The position numbers were made by a program, and so were the translations under genes. From a virus, in IMG/VR virus record IMGVR_UViG_3300028800_000026, positions 1 to 42,010 of that record: DNA of 42,010 nt. The stretch is one strand, 5' to 3'. Shown piece after piece: positions 24,356-34,433 of this stretch (its first letter is position 1; the number at the start of each line of letters is the position of its first letter). The notes beneath the pieces were generated by a model. That model searched no databases. It saw only the letters and a list, made by a program, of their open reading frames with translations, and was not told where the DNA came from.

Positions 24356-24969
24356 TTTACGACCTTACCGCCAGCTGCAATCGCCTCTTTCACTTTATCT
24401 TTCGGTATTTTTAATATTTTCCCATCTGGGGATTTGACCTTTACCATCATATTTCCAGCAGAAGTTGATTCTTTTTTTTCTGGAGAAGGTTCGCTTCTCC
24501 CCTCAACTTCGCGTGATAAAAGATTTTGCAACCCATCGAGGGCCCCTTCAATTTCAGCCTGGCGTGCATTTGGGTCTGTTAAAACTTTTTTATATTCATC
24601 AAACTCTTTCTGGTTTCTTATACTGACTCCCGCTGAAACCAGAGGGATAAGAGATCTTCCAAGTTGTTCGAATTCCGCCCTATTTTTTGTCGTTTCTCCT
24701 CCGAAAAGACCTTGTATCCAATTAGAGGGGCCCGTACTTGAAATCAATTCTCTCATTCGATCAATTGTTCCGAGTCCCGTTTCTATCATTTTAACTTTTT
24801 CGAGTTGTTTAGTCTGATTAGCTAAACCAGCTCCTCTTTCCTTTTGCAATGCCATTTGCTTAGCGAAATCAATTCCTCCCACCAATCCCTGAGAAGCTCC
24901 TTGTCCCAAATTTCTAGCCAGCAACTGCCCCATCGATGGCGTTTCCGGCAATACTCCATAAAATCCCAT
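24352..24969 (-). CDS. hypothetical protein (205 aa), possible internal virion protein
   Basis: ORF with operon coupling (ATGA-type overlap). No motif recognised. Confidence 0.55.
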   Translation of the reverse strand: MGFYGVLPETPSMGQLLARNLGQGASQGLVGGIDFAKQMALQKERGAGLANQTKQLEKVKMIETGLGTIDRMRELISSTGPSNWIQGLFGGETTKNRAEFEQLGRSLIPLVSAGVSIRNQKEFDEYKKVLTDPNARQAEIEGALDGLQNLLSREVEGRSEPSPEKKESTSAGNMMVKVKSPDGKILKIPKDKVKEAIAAGGKVVK

Positions 24970-24978
24970 ATCAATACC

Positions 24979-25530
24979 TCAGAATATTCCCGCTAATTTA
25001 CCGATTCCCATTCCGCCGAGAGAGCCCGCTGCCGTTCCCACCCCTCCGGCCAACGCAGGAAGTAATTCTTCCCACCATTTTTTCTGTTTTGGAAGAAATG
25101 CCGTGGTGTTCAAATCCTGTCCTATCAAATTCTGATATAACCCCATCAAATTCTGAATAGCCTGATTTTGTAATCCCATTCTATTCCCTTGCAATCTCTC
25201 GGCCAAATCAGTGGCCGCCCCTCCGACCGCATTCTGAAAGCCGCTAGACCTTCTGGCGCCCATTCCTGCGCCCGAGAACCTGGAAGCTATGTTGCCCTGG
25301 AGCTGACCGAATTGACGGATTGCAGGGGCTTCTAATTGCTTCCACTGTTCCTCGTTACCCCCAGCTCCCATTTGTAAGAGCTGCTGGAGGATGGCTGGGA
25401 ATCCTTGAGATAGAGCGTCTGCCCCTTGATTAAACAACCCCATCTGCTTAGGATCTCTATTGGACGCTGTAACTAGATTATAACCGCTCTTTCCCAAGGA
25501 AGAAACGGAACCTGTGGCAGGCATAGACAT
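24979..25530 (-). CDS. Gly/Gln/Ala-rich protein, possible internal virion protein
   Basis: Start moved to ATG 25530 (AAGAGG 5 nt upstream). Low-complexity G/Q/A/M-rich sequence. Confidence 0.55.
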   Translation of the reverse strand: MSMPATGSVSSLGKSGYNLVTASNRDPKQMGLFNQGADALSQGFPAILQQLLQMGAGGNEEQWKQLEAPAIRQFGQLQGNIASRFSGAGMGARRSSGFQNAVGGAATDLAERLQGNRMGLQNQAIQNLMGLYQNLIGQDLNTTAFLPKQKKWWEELLPALAGGVGTAAGSLGGMGIGKLAGIF

Positions 25531-25630
25531 ACGAACCTCTTTTATTTCCCCCATACCAAATTCATATTTACATTGTTATAAAAAAGAAAGGGTTGTCAGA
25601 AATTCGACCTACGCATTATCATGTATTTAT

Positions 25631-26866
25631 ATGAAACTTTACCCATATCAAAAAAAAATATTCGACGCAGCTATAGAGCATTACAAGCATCAAAACAATT
25701 TGATGATAGTCGTCCCTACTGGCGGAGGAAAAACCGTAATCCTCTCTCATTTGATTAAACATTTCAATCTAAGAACCTTAGTGGTCGCCCATACCAAAGA
25801 ATTAATTGACCAATGTAGGAACACTCTTTCTATACAAAACATTAAAAATGCAGAAGTTCGAACGATTCAATCATGCTATAGAGATGTAGACAAGTGGAGC
25901 GATTTTGATTTTTTAATTGTCGACGAATGCCATAGATCGTGCACAATATCTTATTTAAAATTGATTGAAAAATTTAATAAAAAAAAGATTTTGGGATTAA
26001 CGGCCACTCCTTTTCGGAGCGACGGACAAAAATTAGAGTATATTTTTGGAAAAAAAATATCTCCCCTCAACTTGATCGATATGATAGAAAATGGGTTGCT
26101 ATGCGACTTTGAGGGATACAGGGTGAAAACCAGTCAAAGTTTAAGAGGAATAAGCACCAAAAAAGGAGATTTCGTTTCTAGTAAGTTAGCGGCGGTCGTC
26201 AATGTTAAAAACAGAAATGAATTAATCGTGGGCGAATATAAAAATATTTCCCCAGGAGAAAAAGCTCTTTGTTTTTCCGTAAATATTAAACATGCAATTG
26301 ATTTGCAGAAAGAGTTTGAATTAAACGGAATTTCTGCTAAAGCAGTGCATGGAAAACTTTCTCGGGAAAATAGAATAGAATACATAGAACAGTTTAAGAA
26401 AGATAAAATAAAAGTTTTAATAAACTGCCAAATTCTAACAGAAGGGTTTGATGAACCATCTGTTACATGTTTATTAATGGCTCGTCCCACTCTATCTAAA
26501 GTTTTATATATGCAAATGATTGGAAGAGGTTCTCGAAATTTTCCAGGAAAGTCCACATGCAAAGTAATAGAATTTACAGATAATTCGTATAATGTATGCT
26601 CCTTGGACGATCTATTAGAAAAAAGTTCAAAGACGCATACTATAACAAGAGGAGAACGACTATCCAGATTCAGGAAAAGGATAAACGAATTATTGGATGA
26701 TTCAGGTGAATTAGTAGTTGAAAAATACAAGGTAGTTGAAAAACCGTTTGGCGAACGCGCCGCCACTCCTTGGCAAATTAATTTTATAAAAAAATTTAAT
26801 GTCGAATTTTCAGAAGATTTAACAGAATTGCAAGCTAACGAAATTATATCAAAAATAACAGGATAA
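25631..26866 (+). CDS. SF2 (DEAD/DEAH-type) helicase
   Basis: Motifs VPTGGGKT (I), DECH (II), TATP (III) and QMIGRGSR (VI). AT-rich gene on the opposite strand to its neighbours. Confidence 0.8.
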   Translation: MKLYPYQKKIFDAAIEHYKHQNNLMIVVPTGGGKTVILSHLIKHFNLRTLVVAHTKELIDQCRNTLSIQNIKNAEVRTIQSCYRDVDKWSDFDFLIVDECHRSCTISYLKLIEKFNKKKILGLTATPFRSDGQKLEYIFGKKISPLNLIDMIENGLLCDFEGYRVKTSQSLRGISTKKGDFVSSKLAAVVNVKNRNELIVGEYKNISPGEKALCFSVNIKHAIDLQKEFELNGISAKAVHGKLSRENRIEYIEQFKKDKIKVLINCQILTEGFDEPSVTCLLMARPTLSKVLYMQMIGRGSRNFPGKSTCKVIEFTDNSYNVCSLDDLLEKSSKTHTITRGERLSRFRKRINELLDDSGELVVEKYKVVEKPFGERAATPWQINFIKKFNVEFSEDLTELQANEIISKITG

Positions 26867-26867
26867 T

Positions 26868-28007
26868 ATGAGAAATCCGATTACTCTTGAACAAAGACAG
26901 ATTTTAGAAAAATTTAAAGATAGTTCATTGGATGCTAAAGAAATTGGGTTGCTATCCGGAATGTTTTATTCAACGGCTTCCGTAGAATACAAAAGAGGAG
27001 GAGGAAGAAGCAATTATAATGCTCAAATAGCGCATGAATTGTCTCAAAAAAGATTAGAAAAGATTAAAAAATCTCATGAGTCACGTAAATCCCCTCCCAA
27101 ATCCTTGGATTTGCAAACCAGAAAGTTGATAGAAAAATACAAGGATACCGAACTTTCAGGGGCTAAAATTGGAGAAAAAATTGGGAAGCATAAAAATGTT
27201 ATAAATAGAGAATTTAATCTTTTTAAAACCAGAGGAGAATATAATGCAGATTTAGCCCAAAAAATGAGAGATCAAAAAAAAGAAGAAGGGCATCAAAAAA
27301 TTAGAAAAAAAATTATTATCACAGAAAAAAGACCAGGAATAGAAGAACTGGATTTATCAAAAGAATTTATTGACTCTTTCAAAAATAAACAAATTTCAAA
27401 TGAAATTGAGAGTTCTAATGCATATAACTTACCCAAACTTACGTTAAATATTTGGATCGAACGATTTAAAGAAGAAGAAGCTCCTACCAGGAGAAATTGG
27501 AAAAAAGAGATTAGATATTTTGAATTTTGGAGTAAATATTTAGGAAATAAGATCGCTATTGATATTTCATCTAGAGAAATTGAAGAAGTTGCCGATATTA
27601 TTATGCAGCAACCTTCTAGACATAAAAAACAATTATCAAAAGAAACGAAAAGAAAATTCCTGTTATACCTCTCTTCTTTATATTCCACCGCTATTTATAA
27701 ATGGAAATGGGCCATATTCAATCCTTTGTCTTGTGTGGATAAAAAAAAGAGCAAGCAAAATTATATCCCTGATCAAACTCAAAATCAGTCTTCCATAGAA
27801 CTAAAGAAAAAATTTATATCTTTGGTTAAAAAATTTACATCTCTAGAAGATATTCCCTTGAGGAAGCAGGCTGAAAAGTGCGGCGTATCTCTATCTGTAT
27901 TTCAAAACGCCGTTTCACTCAGCTGTAATACTACGCTGAAAGTTTTCATGAAAATATGTGATAAATTTGGAGTGTCATTGGAGTTGGTGGAAACTGGTAA
28001 TAAATAA
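26868..28007 (+). CDS. multi-domain DNA-binding protein: two IS30-type HTH modules, an integrase-N-terminal (SAM-like) core-binding-like segment and a C-terminal XRE-like HTH. No catalytic domain.
   Basis: ITLEQRQILEKFKD..AKEIG...SNYNAQIAHELSQKR and LDLQTRKLIEKYKD..AKIGEKIGKHKNVINREFN...EYNADLAQKMR both resemble the IS30 transposase N-terminal HTH. ...ISSREIEEVADIIM...SKETKRKFLLYLSSLYSTAIYKWKWAIFNP resembles the core-binding domain. The end RKQAEKCGVSLSVFQNAVS is HTH-like. Confidence 0.55.
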   Translation: MRNPITLEQRQILEKFKDSSLDAKEIGLLSGMFYSTASVEYKRGGGRSNYNAQIAHELSQKRLEKIKKSHESRKSPPKSLDLQTRKLIEKYKDTELSGAKIGEKIGKHKNVINREFNLFKTRGEYNADLAQKMRDQKKEEGHQKIRKKIIITEKRPGIEELDLSKEFIDSFKNKQISNEIESSNAYNLPKLTLNIWIERFKEEEAPTRRNWKKEIRYFEFWSKYLGNKIAIDISSREIEEVADIIMQQPSRHKKQLSKETKRKFLLYLSSLYSTAIYKWKWAIFNPLSCVDKKKSKQNYIPDQTQNQSSIELKKKFISLVKKFTSLEDIPLRKQAEKCGVSLSVFQNAVSLSCNTTLKVFMKICDKFGVSLELVETGNK

Positions 28008-28019
28008 TTTATTTATTAA

Positions 28020-28499
28020 CTAAACCTGACTGATCCACTCTAAAACCACAACTCCCGAACTGATCGTTGGAGGAGATCCCGCTCCTGCCGTAATCACGAT
28101 ATTTGTGAGCGTAACCGAAAGTTGAACCTGATTGTTTGCGGCAGTCGCGCTAACATACGGCAGAGGGTACCAATTAGTTCCATCTGTGAATGATCCGAAT
28201 ATCCTAGAAAAAGCAAAAATCTGAGACAGATTGAGCATATGGGGATAACTCCCAGCCCCTGTAATAGAATAGATCTGTCTAATCGTCTGCTGACGAGAAG
28301 AACTTAAAAACCAAGACTCACCAGTAATAACGGGCCTTCCCTGGACGAATAAAGAAATCGTCCTATTGTTCACAGCGTTGGCGATGTCTATATAGGATTT
28401 ATTCACTTCAACGGTGAGAGCCTGAGGGTCTTCGGGAAAGTTCCTCGAAGTTCTTAGAAATGGAGCTTGATTAGCAAAATTTGAACTCATAGTTTCCAT
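28020..28499 (-). CDS. hypothetical virion-module protein (159 aa)
   Basis: ORF in the structural operon. Confidence 0.6.
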   Translation of the reverse strand: METMSSNFANQAPFLRTSRNFPEDPQALTVEVNKSYIDIANAVNNRTISLFVQGRPVITGESWFLSSSRQQTIRQIYSITGAGSYPHMLNLSQIFAFSRIFGSFTDGTNWYPLPYVSATAANNQVQLSVTLTNIVITAGAGSPPTISSGVVVLEWISQV

Positions 28500-28519
28500 C
28501 TATGAGTTTTATGATTAAA

Positions 28520-31500
28520 TTAACATAACAATTGAGATGGAGATACATCCAATATAAAAGAATGAAGTTCAATTTCAGAAAATTGATTACTAAAACTGGT
28601 GTCTCTCATCTGCTCCTCTGACAGGGTAAATCCGATCTGTACTGTATCTCCCAGCAAAGATGTATTCATCCGGTGCCATATTTGATTCTGTTGAGAAGCC
28701 GTGATCATCTGTAAGTTTATGTTCGCGGGAGTTAATCCCAGGTTCGTTGATTCAGGACATGTATAGAGAATAGCTGTGTAAACCAACGAATTATTTGAAT
28801 CAAACGGGTCGTTATAGGGAGAGGAAGCGTTCTGACTTAAATAGATAAGGAGGGTAATTTGCCCTCGAGCGGTTGTGGTGAAAAGATATTTTTGTGTCCC
28901 AATCCGGGTCTTTCTTCCCATTTCCCACGAGACCGGAAACTGTCTAGTCTGAATCATAGGGACGTACATTCGTTGGATAACTCCAAGTCCTAGATAGGTC
29001 CCTCCCGCAATAGGAGGAGAAAGAGTGAACGTATCTTGAGTGGGGTTGCTAACCGAAAAGATCTTCCCATTAACTTGAGCCCCTACCGTTCCTAGAGCCC
29101 CGCTGATGACGATATAATCTCCTTCATTCAAAGAATGGCCAGGGGATGTAACGAGAGAAAGTGCGCCAAAAGATTTTATATATTCCGAATTAGCTTCGTC
29201 CGTTCCATCTCCCAAGAACATAATGAAACCCTGAGAATTTCCTCCGATTACCTCGGGCTGTAGCAATGTAGATACGCCCGAGTCCCAAGGATCGTTCCAA
29301 GACTCCCAGGTTGGGTATATATCTCCAACCGTAGACCATGTTAATCCCGTCTGCCTTCTAAACGTCCCATAAGTCGTATAAGTCTCATTAAAGAGAGCCC
29401 AACTATTATTCCTGTAATTAAACAACAGGGTTTGATTAGGAAATGTTGCGATTGATTCGTTAGAACGGTAAGTAAAATAAATCCATTCGTTTATAAAATC
29501 CCTTTGCGCACACACTCTTTGCGACCCATTGCTCGTTAAGTTGAATTGAAAGATCTGGTCAGGAATAGGAAGATCGATCCTCTGGGATGCGGTTTGGCTC
29601 GTAATCACAATTCCTCTTCCTCCTACCGTGATCACTCCTCTATCTAATGTCACAGAACTAAAGGTGCTTTCCGAACCTAATTCAGTATTTATACTATAAA
29701 AATTGAATGGTATAATATCATTTCCTGAATAAATCAATCTAGTTTGTCTATTTTTAAATCCTACAATTAAAACATCTTCATTAAATCCGACAGTGGTGAT
29801 CGAACTTTGTATGCCCGCTTGGATGAACCCTCCGTATCCCGCTTCGTCTTCCCAAAATGCGCTAGGTTGAGCGGTTTGAGAGACAGGATTGGCAATTGAC
29901 CATCCAGGGGTCAATAAAGGGAGGTAAGTTTGAATGGGAGAGGGTGCTCCTGGCCACGAGGCGGTATAGTAAGGAACTCCATTTTGGCTATAGATGATCG
30001 TATCGGGAAGATAAACTTGACTCCCTGCGCTGGAAGTTTGAACTACGGGACCCAGGAATAAAATTCGATCCTTGTAGGGAACGATCATTCTGGCCCCTAC
30101 TAGATAATACTGTGAGGGGGGAAGATCGGAAATATTAAATATATTTGTAGGTCCAGAAATCAAGGGAGGACAGAAATTGACCCAACCATTTCCAGGAGTA
30201 GGCGTGTAAGGGGAAATGCCTATGGTCGGATCGCCATCATACCAACGCAGACAGTCTTTAGTTGCATCAGAATTATTCGTAAGGTACTGCAATATTCCAT
30301 TAGCATATGTTTGATTGGATATGGCAGCGTAGGGAAATCTCACCGTCAAAGTCGTGGTAGTCGTGTTATTAGAAACTGCCGATACAAAACCTGTTTGAAA
30401 ATTTACGGTATTACTATTTGTTCCAGTTACTTCATTTATGAAAACCCAGTCTCCAACAACCAAGCTTGCTACGGATTCAGTTATCGTAATTGTTAATTGC
30501 GTTGCGCTTACATAGGTAACAGAAGCGCACGGCTTGTACTGCATTCCTATATTGGTGGCGGAGAAAGGAGTTTGTATTCCATTTGTCACCCAGAAAGCTT
30601 GTTGGTAGTTAGTAGACCAAAATTGCTGATAATTTTGCCCATTCCACAGAGCCGGAGTCACCGTCGCCGGCGATTTTTGAGTATAAGTAATCGAAGTCCC
30701 CGCAAAAGTCCCGGTAGGAGGGTTTTTGTAAAAACTCACACTATAGGGCGTGTAAGGAACGGAAATAGGGACATTGTAAGAATAAACAGTATCGAATCCC
30801 AGAGTCCTCGTATCATCGGTGGTGTTCAGTTGAAGATCCTCTAGACCCATGACTGGAAGGGAAGGATAGTAGATAAATTGTTCCGTAATCGCCGTCGTCA
30901 ATAGAGGTGGAGAGGTTTGAAAAGTGACAGATCCTGTGGCATAGTTAATGGTCCCAGTTCCTCCCGCTCCATTGGATAAAACGCCAGTCCCATTGTCGGT
31001 GAAAACTTGCCCTCCGATGGTGATGCTGATGGAAGATGGAACGACCGATGCGTTTACTTGGTTCGTATTTTCCCATATTCCCCCTGACGTATAAACGCCG
31101 TAGAGAGTGGAATCTACACCAATCGTAAATGTATCTGCTCCAGTGACGGTTACTGTATAAGTAGCTCCATTGAGTTGAGTCATCCCTCCCACACCGGAAA
31201 TAAGAACATGATTCGTGGTTATGAGATTATGGGCGATGCTCGTGATAGAACATGGACTGGCATTCGTAGCCCCTGTTATATTTCCCTTTAATCCAATGGG
31301 AGAAAATACATTTCCTGAAAACGCCCCTGACCCGTCCGTCGTGCCTAAAGAAAGGGAAGAAACATTTCTTTGAAGTCTCCCGAGGGGCGAAGTTCCTCTC
31401 CGGCGCTTTATCCTTCCCCTCCATTGGTACGCATTAACTAGAGTAGGAAAAGAGTCATTATCTACGTTAAACGGGAGCACATCGTTTTTCAATCCTCCTG

Positions 31501-31531
31501 AAATCGGTCCCACAACGATTTTTTGGCTCAT
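28520..31531 (-). CDS. large virion/tail protein (1003 aa; nozzle or tubular-type role suspected)
   Basis: It is the largest ORF. The N-terminal pattern G..K.D..P....DSFP.L.NAY.WRGRI.RR.G resembles podovirus tail-hub proteins. It carries three copies of the beta-module described in the findings. Confidence 0.6.
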   Translation of the reverse strand: MSQKIVVGPISGGLKNDVLPFNVDNDSFPTLVNAYQWRGRIKRRRGTSPLGRLQRNVSSLSLGTTDGSGAFSGNVFSPIGLKGNITGATNASPCSITSIAHNLITTNHVLISGVGGMTQLNGATYTVTVTGADTFTIGVDSTLYGVYTSGGIWENTNQVNASVVPSSISITIGGQVFTDNGTGVLSNGAGGTGTINYATGSVTFQTSPPLLTTAITEQFIYYPSLPVMGLEDLQLNTTDDTRTLGFDTVYSYNVPISVPYTPYSVSFYKNPPTGTFAGTSITYTQKSPATVTPALWNGQNYQQFWSTNYQQAFWVTNGIQTPFSATNIGMQYKPCASVTYVSATQLTITITESVASLVVGDWVFINEVTGTNSNTVNFQTGFVSAVSNNTTTTTLTVRFPYAAISNQTYANGILQYLTNNSDATKDCLRWYDGDPTIGISPYTPTPGNGWVNFCPPLISGPTNIFNISDLPPSQYYLVGARMIVPYKDRILFLGPVVQTSSAGSQVYLPDTIIYSQNGVPYYTASWPGAPSPIQTYLPLLTPGWSIANPVSQTAQPSAFWEDEAGYGGFIQAGIQSSITTVGFNEDVLIVGFKNRQTRLIYSGNDIIPFNFYSINTELGSESTFSSVTLDRGVITVGGRGIVITSQTASQRIDLPIPDQIFQFNLTSNGSQRVCAQRDFINEWIYFTYRSNESIATFPNQTLLFNYRNNSWALFNETYTTYGTFRRQTGLTWSTVGDIYPTWESWNDPWDSGVSTLLQPEVIGGNSQGFIMFLGDGTDEANSEYIKSFGALSLVTSPGHSLNEGDYIVISGALGTVGAQVNGKIFSVSNPTQDTFTLSPPIAGGTYLGLGVIQRMYVPMIQTRQFPVSWEMGRKTRIGTQKYLFTTTARGQITLLIYLSQNASSPYNDPFDSNNSLVYTAILYTCPESTNLGLTPANINLQMITASQQNQIWHRMNTSLLGDTVQIGFTLSEEQMRDTSFSNQFSEIELHSFILDVSPSQLLC

Positions 31532-31537
31532 TATTCC

Positions 31538-32167
31538 TCAAATTTGGAGTACGATGAACGAGACTGCTTGGGCAGCAACGGGAGAATAAACAGAAGTGTA
31601 GGGTAAAATTACTTGTAATTGAAAAGAGGAAACCCCTAAGTTTTTCGTCATGACAATTACAGGAACAGTAGTACCAGTTACAGTAGCAATAACCGCATAA
31701 TTCGCAGCGACAACTGTATTTGCACTCATAGTGATAGTGGCCAACCAGTTTGAATCAATAGCTACAGAAACAATATTTGAAGACTGCGGAATCTGACCCG
31801 CGCCATATGTATAAGTGACGTTTGACGAGGCCGCTGAGTACGTGCCCCATGCTTTAATAGCCCCTAAAAGGTAAGGGACAGCGGCACCTCCTCCATTAGA
31901 ATTCTTCCAGAATACTTGTGAAGATGCCGATGAAGCGGTCCCTGGAGCCGTATAGATAGTAAGTTGCGCCCCCGTTTGCGTTCCTGCCGCATTAGCGTTA
32001 GGAAAATTCACTTGCCTGTGGGTACCTGCGTTACTCTCCGCAAATGTGTAGTGGTCTACGGCCATGATTGAGGACGTTGCATTGGTATTTACCTTCATTT
32101 TCGGCTGATCCACCGAGGGATTGTTAGGCGCGTCGGGGATATCTAAATTGTATGTTATCGATGACAT
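31538..32167 (-). CDS. hypothetical virion protein (209 aa)
   Basis: ORF in the structural operon. Confidence 0.6.
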   Translation of the reverse strand: MSSITYNLDIPDAPNNPSVDQPKMKVNTNATSSIMAVDHYTFAESNAGTHRQVNFPNANAAGTQTGAQLTIYTAPGTASSASSQVFWKNSNGGGAAVPYLLGAIKAWGTYSAASSNVTYTYGAGQIPQSSNIVSVAIDSNWLATITMSANTVVAANYAVIATVTGTTVPVIVMTKNLGVSSFQLQVILPYTSVYSPVAAQAVSFIVLQI

Positions 32168-33315
32168 CAGGTGGACCCTATGTTTGAACCCGAAAAATTA
32201 TTCTGGCCCATCAAATCACTGAAGATGGTGCCTGTTCGGGTTGCGGTGAATTGTCTTTGAGATCGTTTCCAGACGAGCATTTCTTGCTCTCGGAAGAGGG
32301 GCTCATAAAACATGAACTGTTCGGTATCACCAGTGTCGGCAAGGATCTTTCGAGCAGCTCCCCTAGCGATATATTCTGCCATGTATCCGAATGGGATAGC
32401 GCTCCCTGTGTTGAGAAAAGCCGCAGGGGAAAGGTAAGCGTCCATTTCAACCAGATAAGGAATATCAGGAGGAGGCCGGATAGTAATGCAATTATTAAAG
32501 TACATGATCGCGCGAGGAATTCCTTGCTCGAAGAAATAACATTGCACATTGATATTGCTCCCAGATGTGACGTTTGAGGGAAAAGTAACGTTCAAAGCTC
32601 CCGTAGCGTAATTTACAGTATTAGAAGTAGTGCTATATCCTCCTGGAAGAGCAGAATTTCCGAAGGGAGCTTGACCCACAGACATGAGTAATCCATAACC
32701 CACACTCCCCGATAAAAACTGTCCGCTATCTGCAACCACCATCGTAGATCCATCCGTTCCAGTTGCGGTTATGTAGACCGCTGAATACACTGAGCTACTC
32801 GGAATGTTAATCATGAATGTTGAGACAAGGGGAGGATCGGATGTCGCACCAGATGTTATTATTCCATTTATGTCTATATGGCCTGCTAAAGCCGGAAAAA
32901 ACGGAAGGTTTAAACTGTACGGCCCTTGCGTACGGTTCCCTGTGCCAGCGGGAGCTAATGTCTGAACATAATTCGGCCAGAGGTTCCAAAAGCTCGAGCG
33001 GTCAGTGTAAAAAGGAACCTGAATCCCCGCCACATAACAAGGGGTCATAAATCCTTGATAAACGGGAAAGGAGGCGATCTGTTGCCCTCCAGGTTCTGTC
33101 TGCACTGAATACAAGGGCATATTGTACTGATCGATTCCTGGAGTACTTTGAAATCCATACTTCGTCTTCAGATCGAATAATTGAAGTCGCGCATCTACAT
33201 CCATGATCCAAAATCGATTGATATAATCGATGATGAGGTTGTCTGATAAAGACGTGTTGGACGGAGTCTTTACGATTCTACGAATATAGGTAATCACATC
33301 GCTCAACAGATTCAT
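32167..33315 (-). CDS. hypothetical virion protein (382 aa; adaptor/tubular-type position)
   Basis: ORF with overlap-coupled neighbours. Confidence 0.6.
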   Translation of the reverse strand: MNLLSDVITYIRRIVKTPSNTSLSDNLIIDYINRFWIMDVDARLQLFDLKTKYGFQSTPGIDQYNMPLYSVQTEPGGQQIASFPVYQGFMTPCYVAGIQVPFYTDRSSFWNLWPNYVQTLAPAGTGNRTQGPYSLNLPFFPALAGHIDINGIITSGATSDPPLVSTFMINIPSSSVYSAVYITATGTDGSTMVVADSGQFLSGSVGYGLLMSVGQAPFGNSALPGGYSTTSNTVNYATGALNVTFPSNVTSGSNINVQCYFFEQGIPRAIMYFNNCITIRPPPDIPYLVEMDAYLSPAAFLNTGSAIPFGYMAEYIARGAARKILADTGDTEQFMFYEPLFREQEMLVWKRSQRQFTATRTGTIFSDLMGQNNFSGSNIGST

Positions 33316-33923
33316 TAGAAGTTACTTACCTTCCTGTTAAACGAAATCTGAGAATTGGGAGCTGGTTTAGCGTCTAATCTTTGCACCGTATTCGAAGCTA
33401 TAATGCCTCCTACGATCGTTCCTGCCGTTCCTGATTCGACCACCTTATGATCATTCATTACCAGTCGGTGATAACATTTACGTTTGATCTGCTCGGCCAG
33501 ATAACGAGGACCCCATACCGCTTTGTTGGCAGGAACTTCCCACATCTGCGCTTGAATGCCCGGATAAGGACGAGTCCAAAGAGTGATAACCTCTCCAATA
33601 ATTTCATGATTTTCAGCGATAAAGCGGACGTATTTTTTCTGATACTCGTATTCCTCTCTGAACTTCTCATTAAATACATCCTCTTGAATCCCTTTCTTGG
33701 CATTCATAGGAGGGTCAATCGTTCGAACAGGTTTCAAGTAGATCTCTGGAGCGCTATTCAATTCCCTGGAAGAAAGTTTCGTCTGAGGTTCGGATTCTTC
33801 TTTCGGCGCTTGACTCATTCGATCCATCGTCATAGATTTCACTTCGGATTCGAACGCATCCAATCTTTCATTCGCTTTATCTAGTTCCTTTTGCCCTTCA
33901 CTATTTACCTTTGGTCTTGCCAT
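33315..33923 (-). CDS. hypothetical virion-module protein (202 aa)
   Basis: Start set at ATG 33923 (GAGGA upstream), which avoids overlap with 33931-34356. Confidence 0.55.
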   Translation of the reverse strand: MARPKVNSEGQKELDKANERLDAFESEVKSMTMDRMSQAPKEESEPQTKLSSRELNSAPEIYLKPVRTIDPPMNAKKGIQEDVFNEKFREEYEYQKKYVRFIAENHEIIGEVITLWTRPYPGIQAQMWEVPANKAVWGPRYLAEQIKRKCYHRLVMNDHKVVESGTAGTIVGGIIASNTVQRLDAKPAPNSQISFNRKVSNF

Positions 33924-33930
33924 TAATTCC

Positions 33931-34356
33931 TCATTGTGGTGATATATTTTGAAATGAACCGGGGATCGCCGTGGTAGGGATAGATCTTCCGGTTGATGAG
34001 ATAACCCCTGAGTTGATATCTCCAACGGCCACTACCTGGGGGGGAGTGGGCCCGTAAGCGGGAGAAGAGACGAAGGGGTTAACATTAGTTGAATCGATAT
34101 CAATGGTTATCTGCGTTGCTGTGGGAACTGCAATCACATAACCGGAGAGTTCATTCAATTGATAAGATCCATAAGTGGGTTGTATTAACAATCGAACGAG
34201 CTGCCCTATGACATAGTTATGAGAAACAGAAGTGGTTACAATTGTGGTTGGTCCCAGTGAAATCGCTGAGATCACAAACCTAGACGGCTTATAATTCTGT
34301 GCCTTAATCGGAAGGTTATTATACGCAGGCGTAGGAGGACCGAAGTAGTTGCCCAT
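33931..34356 (-). CDS. small virion protein carrying one beta-module copy
   Basis: ISLGPTTIVTTSVSHNYVIGQLVRLLIQPTYGSYQLNELSGYVIAVPTATQITIDID. Confidence 0.6.
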   Translation of the reverse strand: MGNYFGPPTPAYNNLPIKAQNYKPSRFVISAISLGPTTIVTTSVSHNYVIGQLVRLLIQPTYGSYQLNELSGYVIAVPTATQITIDIDSTNVNPFVSSPAYGPTPPQVVAVGDINSGVISSTGRSIPTTAIPGSFQNISPQ

Positions 34357-34433
34357 AACTCTATTTCTATTTTTTCTCCCAATAACATTAATTGAATTAA
34401 TGTGATAGAGTGTCTTTGTTTTAAGGAGAGTAT

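Noticed and set aside
26868-28007. Possible integrase or transposase, which would imply a temperate or mobile element.
   Set aside because: Only DNA-binding-type modules are present. I found no tyrosine-recombinase catalytic residues, serine-recombinase domain or DDE domain.
33315-34025. Long form (236 aa) of the ORF, starting at 34025.
   Set aside because: It would overlap 33931-34356 by 95 nt. An internal ATG at 33923 has a GAGGA RBS and lies just after the upstream stop.
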